DNA of 64,000 nt from Longimicrobiales bacterium (GTDB lineage: Bacteria > Gemmatimonadota > Gemmatimonadetes > Longimicrobiales > Gaopeijiaceae), in assembly GCA_951813395.1 (NCBI GenBank), contig OX638356.1:349340-413339 (forward strand), in the 5' to 3' direction. Made by a program: the position numbers and the translations under genes. Under the pieces are notes generated by a model that saw only the letters and a list, made by a program, of their open reading frames with translations, was not told the DNA's origin and made no database searches. This document shows positions 45,072 to 52,572 of this stretch, piece by piece. The first letter of the stretch is position 1. Every line of letters starts with the position of its first letter.

Positions 45072-46832
45072 TCACGCGAAAAGCCCGTGCAGGAACCAGC
45101 GCGGCGCCGTCCTGGAAGGCAGTGCCTGCCCTCGGCGGGGCCCACCTTCCGGGCGCTCCGTTCCCTCCTCATCCCTGGCCCCCTCCTGGAAAAGCCAGTA
45201 ACGGCACCCCGCCACATCCTCGACCAGGTAGTAGTCGCGGCGCGGAGCGTCCTCACGCCACCATTCGCATTCCAGCCGCTCTGGCCCTTCGGCCGTCCGC
45301 ACCTGATGGAATCGCCCCTGCCGGCAAAAGCCCCGCAACCCGGGACGCGAGTCACCTTTGCTCCCGGCACGATCCGGGGCTTCGTCCCCAGCCGTGGCCG
45401 GAGGCGGCTCACCGGCTTCCGTTGTGACGGCCTCCACCGGCTCCGGAGGCGAAAGCAGGCGTAGCGGTCGACGACGATCCTCCGGCCAGTTTGCAGCCGA
45501 CCCGGGTTGTACGGCGGACCTGGGCTGCGCGGCCGACCCGGGGTGCACGGCCGACCTTGGCTGCCCGCCCGACGAGGGTGCAGCCCGCTCCGGCAGCCAG
45601 CTCTGGTGCGGCACCGGACGCCCGATGCGGCCGAAGCCGAAGCGATTCCCCAGCCGGTCGAGAAGGTCCGCCAGCTCTTCCTCGTCGGCGGCACGGTATC
45701 CTCCCGCGGCCTCGCCGGACCAATCGGTCTGCACCTCGTCGATCGTCTCGACCACGTCGGTGGCCAGGACGATCTCGTCGATCCCGAAGCCGGGCTCGAC
45801 CTGGTCCAGCTTCTCGGCGAAAAGGCCCATAAGAGGCTTCTTCCGGCGCAGCGGACGACTGGTGCCGACGGTCACGGTCCGCCTGCCGCCGTCAACCCGG
45901 CCGCAGGTGAGGTGCAGCCGGCGTGCACCCTCGCCGGACCGGCCGAGTTCCAGACAGAGATCGTCCAGCAGCCCGTCGAGCGCCGCACGGATGTCGACCG
46001 GCCTGGAGATCGGTTCGGCGAAGGCGCGCTGGGCCTCCCGCGGGGGCTGCGGGCGCAGGGGAACGATCGGCTCGTCGATGATTCCCAGAGCTTCCTCGAG
46101 TCGCCTGACCGGTTCCATCCCGAAGCGCCGGATGAGTTCGATGGATTTTATGACAAATAGTGCCGAGATTTTGTCCAACCCGAAGGCCGCAAGCCCGTCC
46201 GCCACATTGGCGCTCAGACGCAGGGCGGCCACGGGCAGCTCGGCCAGCGCATCCTTCAGGCCGGACGTTCCGGCGCCGGTCGGCGCCACGGCCGGCTCCC
46301 CGGCGCCGTAGTGCGCCAGCGCCCACGCGGCTCCCGGGGTGTCGGCGAGGGCCAGCCGCACGGTCAGGCCGAAGTCTTCCAGCGCGGCCCGCAGCGACGC
46401 GGTCAGCGCCTCCTCGCCGCCGAAAAGGCGCGTGCAGCCGGCGATGTCGAGGAAGAGCGTGTCGCGCGCGTCGGGCATGACGCGCGGAGTGAAGCGGTCC
46501 GCCCACCGGGCCAGGTGCTCCAGCGCGAGGGCGTCGCCCGCGGGGTCGGCGGGGCGGACGACCACATCGGGTACGACGGCCCGCGCGTCGGCCAGCGGCA
46601 TGCCGGGGCTGAGGCCCACACGGGTGGCAGGCGGGTTGGCCGCGTCGATGATCAGCCGGTTGCGGCTCTCCGCGACGGTGACGAAAGGGTGGGTGCGCGC
46701 TTCGGGACGGCGCCGGGCGAGCCTTTCGGTGGGCCACCAGGGAAGCCAGGCGGCGAGAATGCGCCGGGAGATGCGCGGGCCCCATCGGGCAGGCGCACCG
46801 GATTTGATCGGGGCTGTTCGTTCACGAGACAT
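45072..46832 (-). CDS. imuB: Y-family-polymerase-like ImuB
   Basis: ..ILAAWLPWWPTERL..VGLSPGMPLADARA..LFLDIAGCTRLFGGE.. resembles ImuB. Positioned directly upstream of dnaE2. I place the start at the ATG at 46832. Confidence 0.85.
   Translation of the reverse strand: MSRERTAPIKSGAPARWGPRISRRILAAWLPWWPTERLARRRPEARTHPFVTVAESRNRLIIDAANPPATRVGLSPGMPLADARAVVPDVVVRPADPAGDALALEHLARWADRFTPRVMPDARDTLFLDIAGCTRLFGGEEALTASLRAALEDFGLTVRLALADTPGAAWALAHYGAGEPAVAPTGAGTSGLKDALAELPVAALRLSANVADGLAAFGLDKISALFVIKSIELIRRFGMEPVRRLEEALGIIDEPIVPLRPQPPREAQRAFAEPISRPVDIRAALDGLLDDLCLELGRSGEGARRLHLTCGRVDGGRRTVTVGTSRPLRRKKPLMGLFAEKLDQVEPGFGIDEIVLATDVVETIDEVQTDWSGEAAGGYRAADEEELADLLDRLGNRFGFGRIGRPVPHQSWLPERAAPSSGGQPRSAVHPGSAAQPRSAVQPGSAANWPEDRRRPLRLLSPPEPVEAVTTEAGEPPPATAGDEAPDRAGSKGDSRPGLRGFCRQGRFHQVRTAEGPERLECEWWREDAPRRDYYLVEDVAGCRYWLFQEGARDEEGTERPEGGPRRGQALPSRTAPRWFLHGLFA
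45493..45564. repeat. Two tandem copies of a 36-bp unit inside imuB
   Basis: gcagccgacccgggttgtacggcggacctgggctgc / gcggccgacccggggtgcacggccgaccttggctgc (about 30/36 identical). It encodes QPRSAVHPGSAA-QPRSAVQPGSAA in the ImuB C-terminal linker. Confidence 0.6.
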
Positions 46833-46841
46833 GGCCCGTGA

Positions 46842-46870
46842 AGAATAACCGAAGATAAACCGAACATCAA
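46842..46870 (-). promoter_or_regulatory. Candidate imuB-dnaE2 promoter with direct-repeat operator in the spacer
   Basis: Minus strand: TTGATG (46870-46865), 17-nt spacer TTCGGTTTATCTTCGGT, TATTCT (46847-46842), 9 nt, then the ATG (46832). No SD. Confidence 0.45.
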
Positions 46871-47012
46871 CCTGGCACGCGTTCGGCGTCGGGATGGCAG
46901 GTCCTTCACGACAGCCCTGACGTAACGTTAGGGTTAGGGAAAAGAAAATCCATGTTCGCAACAGCGTTGAATTATTGTCTCTATATTCCTCGAAAGTATG
47001 TCTCTGAAACCA

Positions 47013-47041
47013 TTGAAAACATGTCTGTGTTCTGTTAGTCT
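47013..47041 (+). promoter_or_regulatory. Candidate promoter of the AAA ATPase gene
   Basis: TTGAAA - 17 nt - TAGTCT, about 50 nt upstream of the ATG at 47090, inside an AT-rich repeat-laden spacer. Confidence 0.3.
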
Positions 47042-47089
47042 CCTTGCGTCGCAGCGAGTTCACCACTGCCGGCCCGGGAGCATTTCAGC

Positions 47090-48406
47090 ATGGAATCCGA
47101 CCCCGTGAAGGGGCGAGACGGTGCTGTCGAGCGTGCGTCCCGGCACGAGATCGAGCATTACACCCGCCGTGTTGCCGACCGGGAACTGAAACAGTGCCTG
47201 GCAGCGGCCGGAGCGGTTCTGATCGAGGGTCCGAGAGCCTGCGGCAAGACGGTAACGGCCCGTCAGATGGCCGCGAGCGAGGTCTTTCTGGATGTGGACC
47301 GAGGTGCTCAGGACATGATCGCGGTCAATCCCGACCTGGTGCTCGAAGGCCGAACTCCTCGACTGCTCGACGAGTGGCAAACCGCCCCGGTGATCTGGAA
47401 CCATGTCCGCCGCGCTGTGGATGCGCGTCCCGGTAAAGGCCATTTCATCCTTACCGGATCGGCCGTTCCACCCGATGACATCACGCGTCACACCGGGGCT
47501 GGCCGAATCGTTCGGGTGCGCCTGCGCCCCATGTCGCTGTTTGAACAGGGGTACAGCACCGGCCAGGTGTCGCTCAGGAAGGTGCTTGAGCGCGGTCCGG
47601 TGCAGAGTCCTTCAACCGACTTGTCCGTGCACGATCTGGCCGAACGGATCTGTGTCGGTGGCTGGCCGGGGCACCTTCACTCCTCGGCTGACGAGGCGAT
47701 GCTGGTCAACCGAAACTACGTTGACGAAATCTGCCGCGCCGATCTCCAGCGCGTTGACGGGGTTCGGCGGGACCCGGGAAGAGTCCATCGCCTCCTCCAG
47801 TCGCTGGCCCGAAACGTCGCGACGTCCGCGTCTCTTGCGACCATTGCGCGTGATGTTGCCGGGCAGGACCAGCCGTCGATGACGGGTCACACGGCCCGCT
47901 CCTATCTCACCGGCCTTGAGCGCCTCATGGTGGTGGAGAATCAGCCGCCGTGGGCACCCCACCTGAGGTCACGCTCCCGGCTGCAGCTGTCCCCGAAGCG
48001 TCACTTCGTGGATCCCTCGATCGCCGCAGCGGCACTCGGTGCGGGTCCGGAACACCTGCTGCATGACTTCTCCTGGTTCGGCCTGCTCTTCGAGTCGATG
48101 GTGGTCCGGGATCTGCGCGTCCACGCCCAGGCCATGGGCGCACGGGTGTACCACTACCGCGACGACACCGGCCTCGAGGTGGACGCGATTGTTGACGCCG
48201 GCCCCGGTCGGTGGGCGGCCTTCGAGATCAAACTCGGCCTGAGCCGGATCGACGACGCGGCGCACTCGCTCCTGAAGTTTGCGGATCGTGTCGATACGAG
48301 CCGGTGGGGCGAACCGGCCGCGTTGGGGGTGATTGTCGAGCGCGGCTACGGATACGTCAGACCCGACGGGGTGAGCGTGATCCCGCTGGGAACGCTGGGA
48401 CCTTAG
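47090..48406 (+). CDS. AAA-family ATPase with C-terminal DUF4143-like domain
   Basis: Walker A IEGPRACGKT, Walker B-like RLLDEWQ. ..HFILTGSA..RIVRVRLRPMSL.. and ..KRHFVDPS..GLLFES.V.RDL.. are typical of AAA_14/DUF4143 proteins. Confidence 0.8.
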   Translation: MESDPVKGRDGAVERASRHEIEHYTRRVADRELKQCLAAAGAVLIEGPRACGKTVTARQMAASEVFLDVDRGAQDMIAVNPDLVLEGRTPRLLDEWQTAPVIWNHVRRAVDARPGKGHFILTGSAVPPDDITRHTGAGRIVRVRLRPMSLFEQGYSTGQVSLRKVLERGPVQSPSTDLSVHDLAERICVGGWPGHLHSSADEAMLVNRNYVDEICRADLQRVDGVRRDPGRVHRLLQSLARNVATSASLATIARDVAGQDQPSMTGHTARSYLTGLERLMVVENQPPWAPHLRSRSRLQLSPKRHFVDPSIAAAALGAGPEHLLHDFSWFGLLFESMVVRDLRVHAQAMGARVYHYRDDTGLEVDAIVDAGPGRWAAFEIKLGLSRIDDAAHSLLKFADRVDTSRWGEPAALGVIVERGYGYVRPDGVSVIPLGTLGP

Positions 48407-48416
48407 GCTTCAGGAC

Positions 48417-48989
48417 ATGACCGCACACAGAACCTCGGCCACGACCTGCCTGGCGCTGCTTCGCGGAATCAATGTCGGCGGCAGGAACGTGATTCGCATG
48501 GCCGAGCTCCGGGAGTGCTTCGCAGCCGAGGGCTTCCGCGACATCGTGACATACATCCAGAGCGGGAACGTGATCTTCCGGTCGGCGTCCTTCGGGCCCG
48601 GCGAGTTGACGGCCCGGATCGAGGGGATGCTGGCGGCGGCGTTCGACTACAGGGCGAAGGTCACGTTGCGATCCCGCGAGCAGATGCGGGCAGTGGTCGA
48701 GGGGGCGCCGGAGGGGTTCGGCGCGCGGCCGGACGTCCAACGCTACGACGTTCTCTTCCTGATGGCTCCCCTGACGGCGGCCGCCGCCATGGAGCATGTC
48801 CGCACCAGGTCCGGCGTGGACGAAGCCTGGGCGGGCGAAGGCGTTCTCTACTTCTCGCGGCTCATCGCCAAGGCATCCCGGAGTCACCTCAGCCGCCTCG
48901 CCTCGATGTCCGTGTACCAGAGCATGACGATCCGCAACTGGAAGACGACGACCCGGTTGCTGCAGCTCATGGAGGGGCACGGAGACTGA
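48417..48989 (+). CDS. DUF1697-family protein
   Basis: ..LALLRGINVGGRNVIRMAELRECF..GF..V.TYIQSGNVIF.. is the hallmark N-terminus of DUF1697. Confidence 0.8.
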   Translation: MTAHRTSATTCLALLRGINVGGRNVIRMAELRECFAAEGFRDIVTYIQSGNVIFRSASFGPGELTARIEGMLAAAFDYRAKVTLRSREQMRAVVEGAPEGFGARPDVQRYDVLFLMAPLTAAAAMEHVRTRSGVDEAWAGEGVLYFSRLIAKASRSHLSRLASMSVYQSMTIRNWKTTTRLLQLMEGHGD

Positions 48990-49776
48990 GGGTCCACTCC
49001 GCCGGTTTCCCCCCGCGGCAGTGCAGCAACGCGACGCGCCAATTCGTTCCGCCCGGCGACGCCGTGATCCGCCAGCGGCTGACGGCCCCCCGCACCCCCG
49101 CCCCACCCCGCCACCGCTCGTCGCCATGTCCGTTACGGCGCGGGAGGGCAACCCCCGCCCTGCGCGACAGCACCAGTCCCAGCACCCCCGTCCCCTCGGC
49201 GGCCAGCATCAGGCGCCGCCCCGCTGCCAAACCGATCCTCCCGGTCTCGGCCACCACCCCCCGCACGGCCCGGCAGCGGAGCGACTCCTCCATGGCCCAC
49301 AGCATGTCGTCCTGGCGTTGCAACCCCGACACGACCAGCAACTGCCCCGCCCCGATCCCGTAGCGAACCAGCCCGGGCGCGTACAGGTCGTCGCCCCGGG
49401 CGAGCCACAGCAGCGCGCCGGGCCGCCCGCCGCTCGAATGCGGGCGGGATTTCCCCCGCGTGCCGCCTGGTCCGCCCGCCAGGGCGCGCGCGAGCAGGGC
49501 CGCGCAGAAACCGGTGGCGGCCTCGTCTCCCGTCGCTTCGTGAATGCAGCCCAGGCGCAGGCCGCCGCCCGGAAGGACCCGATCGATTTCGGGGACACCC
49601 AGCGGCAAGCGCGGCTGCTCCGGCGATCCGGCTTCCTCGATTCCGCGGATCGTCCGGCGGAGCGCTTCGGCGGTGTCCCGCCGACGACGGTCCGGTGGCG
49701 GCCGCACCCTGGCGGCTCTTTCCCGGCGACGGTCCGGTGGCGTCTCCGCGCGCTTCGTATTCGGTACAGTGAACAT
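48967..49776 (-). CDS. imuA: ImuA (RecA/SulA-fold mutagenesis protein)
   Basis: ..LPLGVPEIDRVLPGGGLRLGCIHEATG..ATGFCAALLARAL..LLWLAR..LYAPGL... I chose the ATG start at 49776 because of the promoter parallel with imuB. The GTG at 49803 is an alternative. Confidence 0.75.
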   Translation of the reverse strand: MFTVPNTKRAETPPDRRRERAARVRPPPDRRRRDTAEALRRTIRGIEEAGSPEQPRLPLGVPEIDRVLPGGGLRLGCIHEATGDEAATGFCAALLARALAGGPGGTRGKSRPHSSGGRPGALLWLARGDDLYAPGLVRYGIGAGQLLVVSGLQRQDDMLWAMEESLRCRAVRGVVAETGRIGLAAGRRLMLAAEGTGVLGLVLSRRAGVALPRRNGHGDERWRGGAGVRGAVSRWRITASPGGTNWRVALLHCRGGKPAEWTLSLRAPP

Positions 49777-49785
49777 GGGTCGGAC

Positions 49786-49814
49786 AAGATACCGAATAAA
49801 CACCGTAATGGCAA
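49786..49814 (-). promoter_or_regulatory. Candidate imuA promoter with direct-repeat operator in the spacer
   Basis: Minus strand: TTGCCA (49814-49809), 17-nt spacer TTACGGTGTTTATTCGG, TATCTT (49791-49786), 9 nt, then the ATG (49776). Same geometry as imuB. Confidence 0.45.
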
Positions 49815-49893
49815 ACTGAACCGGATCCGCCCCATGTTAGGGCAGCTTGAGGATCATCCTGGAGCCCATTATTCACCTCTGTCGGGAGGCCCA

Positions 49894-50316
49894 ATGCTGA
49901 CCAGATTTCTGCTGGGCGCGGCCCTGGTGTTCACCTCGGGCTGCTCGCTTGCCTTTGTGGACGGGCCGCCGGACTTCATCCCCGCCAACGAGCCGGTACC
50001 CCCTGAATCGTGCACCATCGAGAGGGCTCTTCCCTTTCTGGACGCCGTCGGCGCCGGAGCCTTCCTCGTCACGGCGCTCACCAGTTCCGACGGGGACAGG
50101 GTGAGATTCAGCGCGGTCGGCAGTGGTGCGCTGGGCTTCTCGTCCTACACGGGGTTTCGCAGAGTCAGGCAGTGCAGGCAACGCATGTTCCAGATGCCGG
50201 AGACGCCCTCTCCCGATACCACCTTCGCGGGAGCGCTGGTCGAGATCGCCGACCCGCTTCTTGGCGCGCCACGGCTGTTCGGCGTCAACGCCGGACCGCC
50301 GGACCGATCCCGGTAA
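49894..50316 (+). CDS. Hypothetical lipoprotein
   Basis: GGGAGG lies 5 nt upstream of the ATG. Signal/lipobox MLTRFLLGAALVFTSGC. Length is 140 aa. No family recognised. Confidence 0.55.
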   Translation: MLTRFLLGAALVFTSGCSLAFVDGPPDFIPANEPVPPESCTIERALPFLDAVGAGAFLVTALTSSDGDRVRFSAVGSGALGFSSYTGFRRVRQCRQRMFQMPETPSPDTTFAGALVEIADPLLGAPRLFGVNAGPPDRSR

Positions 50317-50328
50317 ACATCGGCACCG

Positions 50329-51747
50329 ATGGCGAAGCCGGGTGTGAAGGAGAGCGACACGGTGGTCGGCCGCCGCGCCGTCATCACCTCCCTCCACGAC
50401 GAACTCCGCGACCGCTTCGGCGAGCGCTACTCCACCGCGGCCGCGGTGCGCGACCATCACGGCAAGGACGACTCGCACCACCCCGTGATTCCGCCCGACG
50501 GTGTGGTCTTCGTCGAGTCGACGGACGAGGTCGCGTTCACGGTGCGGGCCTGCGCGCGGCATGGAGTGCCGGTGATTCCCTTCGGCGCCGGCACGTCGAT
50601 CGAGGGGCACGTACAGGCGGTGTGCGGCGGGATCTCGATCGATATGAGCGGCATGAACCGGGTGCTGGCCGTCCGTCCCGACGACCTGGACGCGACGGTC
50701 GAGGCCGGAGTGACGCGGCTGCAACTCGACCGGGAACTCCGCGGCACGGGGCTGTTCTTCCCGGTCGATCCGGGGGCCGACGCGACGCTGGGCGGAATGG
50801 CCGCCACGGGTGCGTCGGGGACGACCACCGTGCGGTACGGCACCATGCGCGACAACGTGGTCTCGCTCACCGCCGTGCTGGCGAGCGGCGAGGTGGTGCG
50901 GACCGGGGGGCGGGCGCGGAAGTCGTCGGCCGGGTACGATCTCACCAATCTGCTGGTCGGGTCGGAAGGGACGCTGGCGGTGATCACCGAACTGACGGTG
51001 CGCCTGCACCCGGTCCCCGAGGCGACGGCGGCCGCCGTGTGTTCGTTCCCGGAACTGGATGAAGCCGTATGTACGGTTGTGGAAGCCATACATATGGGTA
51101 TCCCCCTTGCGCGGGCTGAATTGCTCGACGGGACAGCCATGCGCGCGGTCAACCGCTATTCGGGATTCGACTATCCCGAGGCGCCCACCGTCTTCTTCGA
51201 GTTCCACGGATCGGAGACCGAGGTGCGGGCCCAGGGCGCCCTGATGGAAGAGATCAGCGGCGGCCTCGGGGGGACCGCGTTCGAATACGCCCGCAGGCAG
51301 GACGAGCGGGCCCGGCTGTGGAAGGCGCGCCACGACGCCTACCCGGCGCTATTGGGGCTGAGGCCCGGCTGTCACGGCCTGACGACCGATGTCTGCGTGC
51401 CCGTCTCGCGCCTGGCCCGCTGCATTGCGGAGAGCGAGGAGGACCTGAAGACGGCTTCGATGCCGTGGGGCGTCGTGGGTCACGTCGGGGACGGGAACTT
51501 CCACGCGGTCTTCATCATCGACCCGGACTCGGAGGCGGAGCTGGCCGAGGCGGAAGCGATCAACGAACGCATCGTGCGGCGCGCGGTCGCCATGGAAGGA
51601 ACCTGCACCGGCGAACACGGGATCGGGATGGGGAAGATCGGCTACCTGGAGTCCGAGTTCGGGGCGTCGGGGGTGGCGGCGATGCGGGCGGTGAAGGCGG
51701 CGCTGGACCCGCAGGGAATCATGAATCCGGGGAAGGTCGTGGCCTGA
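50329..51747 (+). CDS. FAD-linked oxidase (GlcD / D-lactate dehydrogenase-like)
   Basis: FAD_binding_4-type N-terminal domain (..VVFVESTDEVAFTVRACARHGVPVIPFGAGTSIEGH..) and C-terminal ..GTCTGEHGIGMGK..DPQGIMNPGK. Confidence 0.85.
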   Translation: MAKPGVKESDTVVGRRAVITSLHDELRDRFGERYSTAAAVRDHHGKDDSHHPVIPPDGVVFVESTDEVAFTVRACARHGVPVIPFGAGTSIEGHVQAVCGGISIDMSGMNRVLAVRPDDLDATVEAGVTRLQLDRELRGTGLFFPVDPGADATLGGMAATGASGTTTVRYGTMRDNVVSLTAVLASGEVVRTGGRARKSSAGYDLTNLLVGSEGTLAVITELTVRLHPVPEATAAAVCSFPELDEAVCTVVEAIHMGIPLARAELLDGTAMRAVNRYSGFDYPEAPTVFFEFHGSETEVRAQGALMEEISGGLGGTAFEYARRQDERARLWKARHDAYPALLGLRPGCHGLTTDVCVPVSRLARCIAESEEDLKTASMPWGVVGHVGDGNFHAVFIIDPDSEAELAEAEAINERIVRRAVAMEGTCTGEHGIGMGKIGYLESEFGASGVAAMRAVKAALDPQGIMNPGKVVA

Positions 51748-51795
51748 TCCGGGGCGGCCCGTGTCGAGCCAGAGGCGGTCACGGAACCGGGCAGC

Positions 51796-51824
51796 TTGAC
51801 GTGATTGCATTGCAATCGTAGCAT
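51796..51824 (+). promoter_or_regulatory. Candidate vapB2C2 promoter with palindromic operator in the spacer
   Basis: TTGACG (51796-51801) - 17 nt - TAGCAT (51819-51824). The spacer contains the perfect palindrome ATTGCA-T-TGCAAT (51804-51816). Confidence 0.5.
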
Positions 51825-51855
51825 GACTCGTGAAGAACGAAAGGGCATATCGGAC

Positions 51856-52098
51856 ATGGCGAGCATCACGATCCGCAATCTCGACGACGAGGTAAAGACG
51901 AAGCTGCGTGTTCGAGCGGCGACCAACGGCCGCTCGATGGAGGAAGAGGCCCGCAACATTCTGCGACAGGCGGTGGAGGAGAAGGCCGGGCCCCGCAACC
52001 TGGCCCAGGCGATTCGCGAGCGCTTCGCGCCGTATGGCGGGGTGGAGTTGGAGATTCCGCCGCGGGAGCCAATGCGCGAGCCTCCCAGATTCGATTGA
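51856..52098 (+). CDS. vapB: Ribbon-helix-helix antitoxin (FitA/VapB-like)
   Basis: MASITIRNLDDEVKTKLRVRAATNGRSMEEEARNILRQAV is a typical FitA/Arc-type antitoxin. The start is consistent with the predicted promoter. Confidence 0.8.
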   Translation: MASITIRNLDDEVKTKLRVRAATNGRSMEEEARNILRQAVEEKAGPRNLAQAIRERFAPYGGVELEIPPREPMREPPRFD

Positions 52099-52110
52099 GT
52101 CGCGGTCTGG

Positions 52111-52572
52111 ATGTTCGTTCTCGATACCAACGTCGTCTCGGAACTGATCCGTCCGGCCCCGAATCCGGCAGTCGTCGCGTGGGTGGCGGGGCGGCCGGGT
52201 GGGAGCCTTTTCTTCACCGCCATCGGAGAAGCGGAGTTGAGATTCGGTGTCGCGATCATGTCTGCCGGATCCCGCCGGGATTCTCTGGCCGCAGAGATCG
52301 AAGGCATGCTGAAGGAAGATTTCGCCAATCGCGTGTTGCCCTTCGACAGCATGGCCGCACGCGCCTATGCGACGGTCGCGGCGGCTCGCCGTCGGGCTGG
52401 CCGACCCGTCTCGCAGGCCGACTGCCAGATCGCCGCAATCGCGGCCCTGCGAGGTGGGACGGTGGCAACGAGGAACGTCCGTGATTTCGAAGGGACAGGC
52501 GTCCCCGTAGTCAACCCCTGGGAAGCTGTTTCCAGAGGCGATCCGGCCCCACCGACCGAAGGCGACCAATGA
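52111..52572 (+). CDS. vapC: PIN-domain toxin (VapC/FitB-like)
   Basis: MFVLDTNVVSEL.., ..AEL.., ..QADCQIAAIA.., ..VATRNVRDF.. are the canonical PIN acidic residues and context. Confidence 0.85.
   Translation: MFVLDTNVVSELIRPAPNPAVVAWVAGRPGGSLFFTAIGEAELRFGVAIMSAGSRRDSLAAEIEGMLKEDFANRVLPFDSMAARAYATVAAARRRAGRPVSQADCQIAAIAALRGGTVATRNVRDFEGTGVPVVNPWEAVSRGDPAPPTEGDQ

Noticed and set aside
46855-49780. GAACAT motifs (46862, 46950 region, 49771) as Gram-positive-type GAAC-N4-GTTC LexA boxes
   Set aside because: No complete palindrome is present, and the downstream half-sites have 2 or more mismatches. The imuA instance is simply the ATG-TTC start of the gene read on the opposite strand.
49777-49803. 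GTG at 49803 as the imuA start
   Set aside because: It would place the conserved -10/direct-repeat element inside the coding region. The exact architectural parallel with imuB favours the ATG at 49776. The GTG is kept as an alternative.
49021-50316. 431-aa plus-strand ORF spanning the imuA antisense and the lipoprotein gene
   Set aside because: The first ~290 aa are Pro/Arg-rich shadow sequence opposite imuA. Only the last 140 aa (from the ATG at 49894, with GGGAGG and a lipobox) look genuine.
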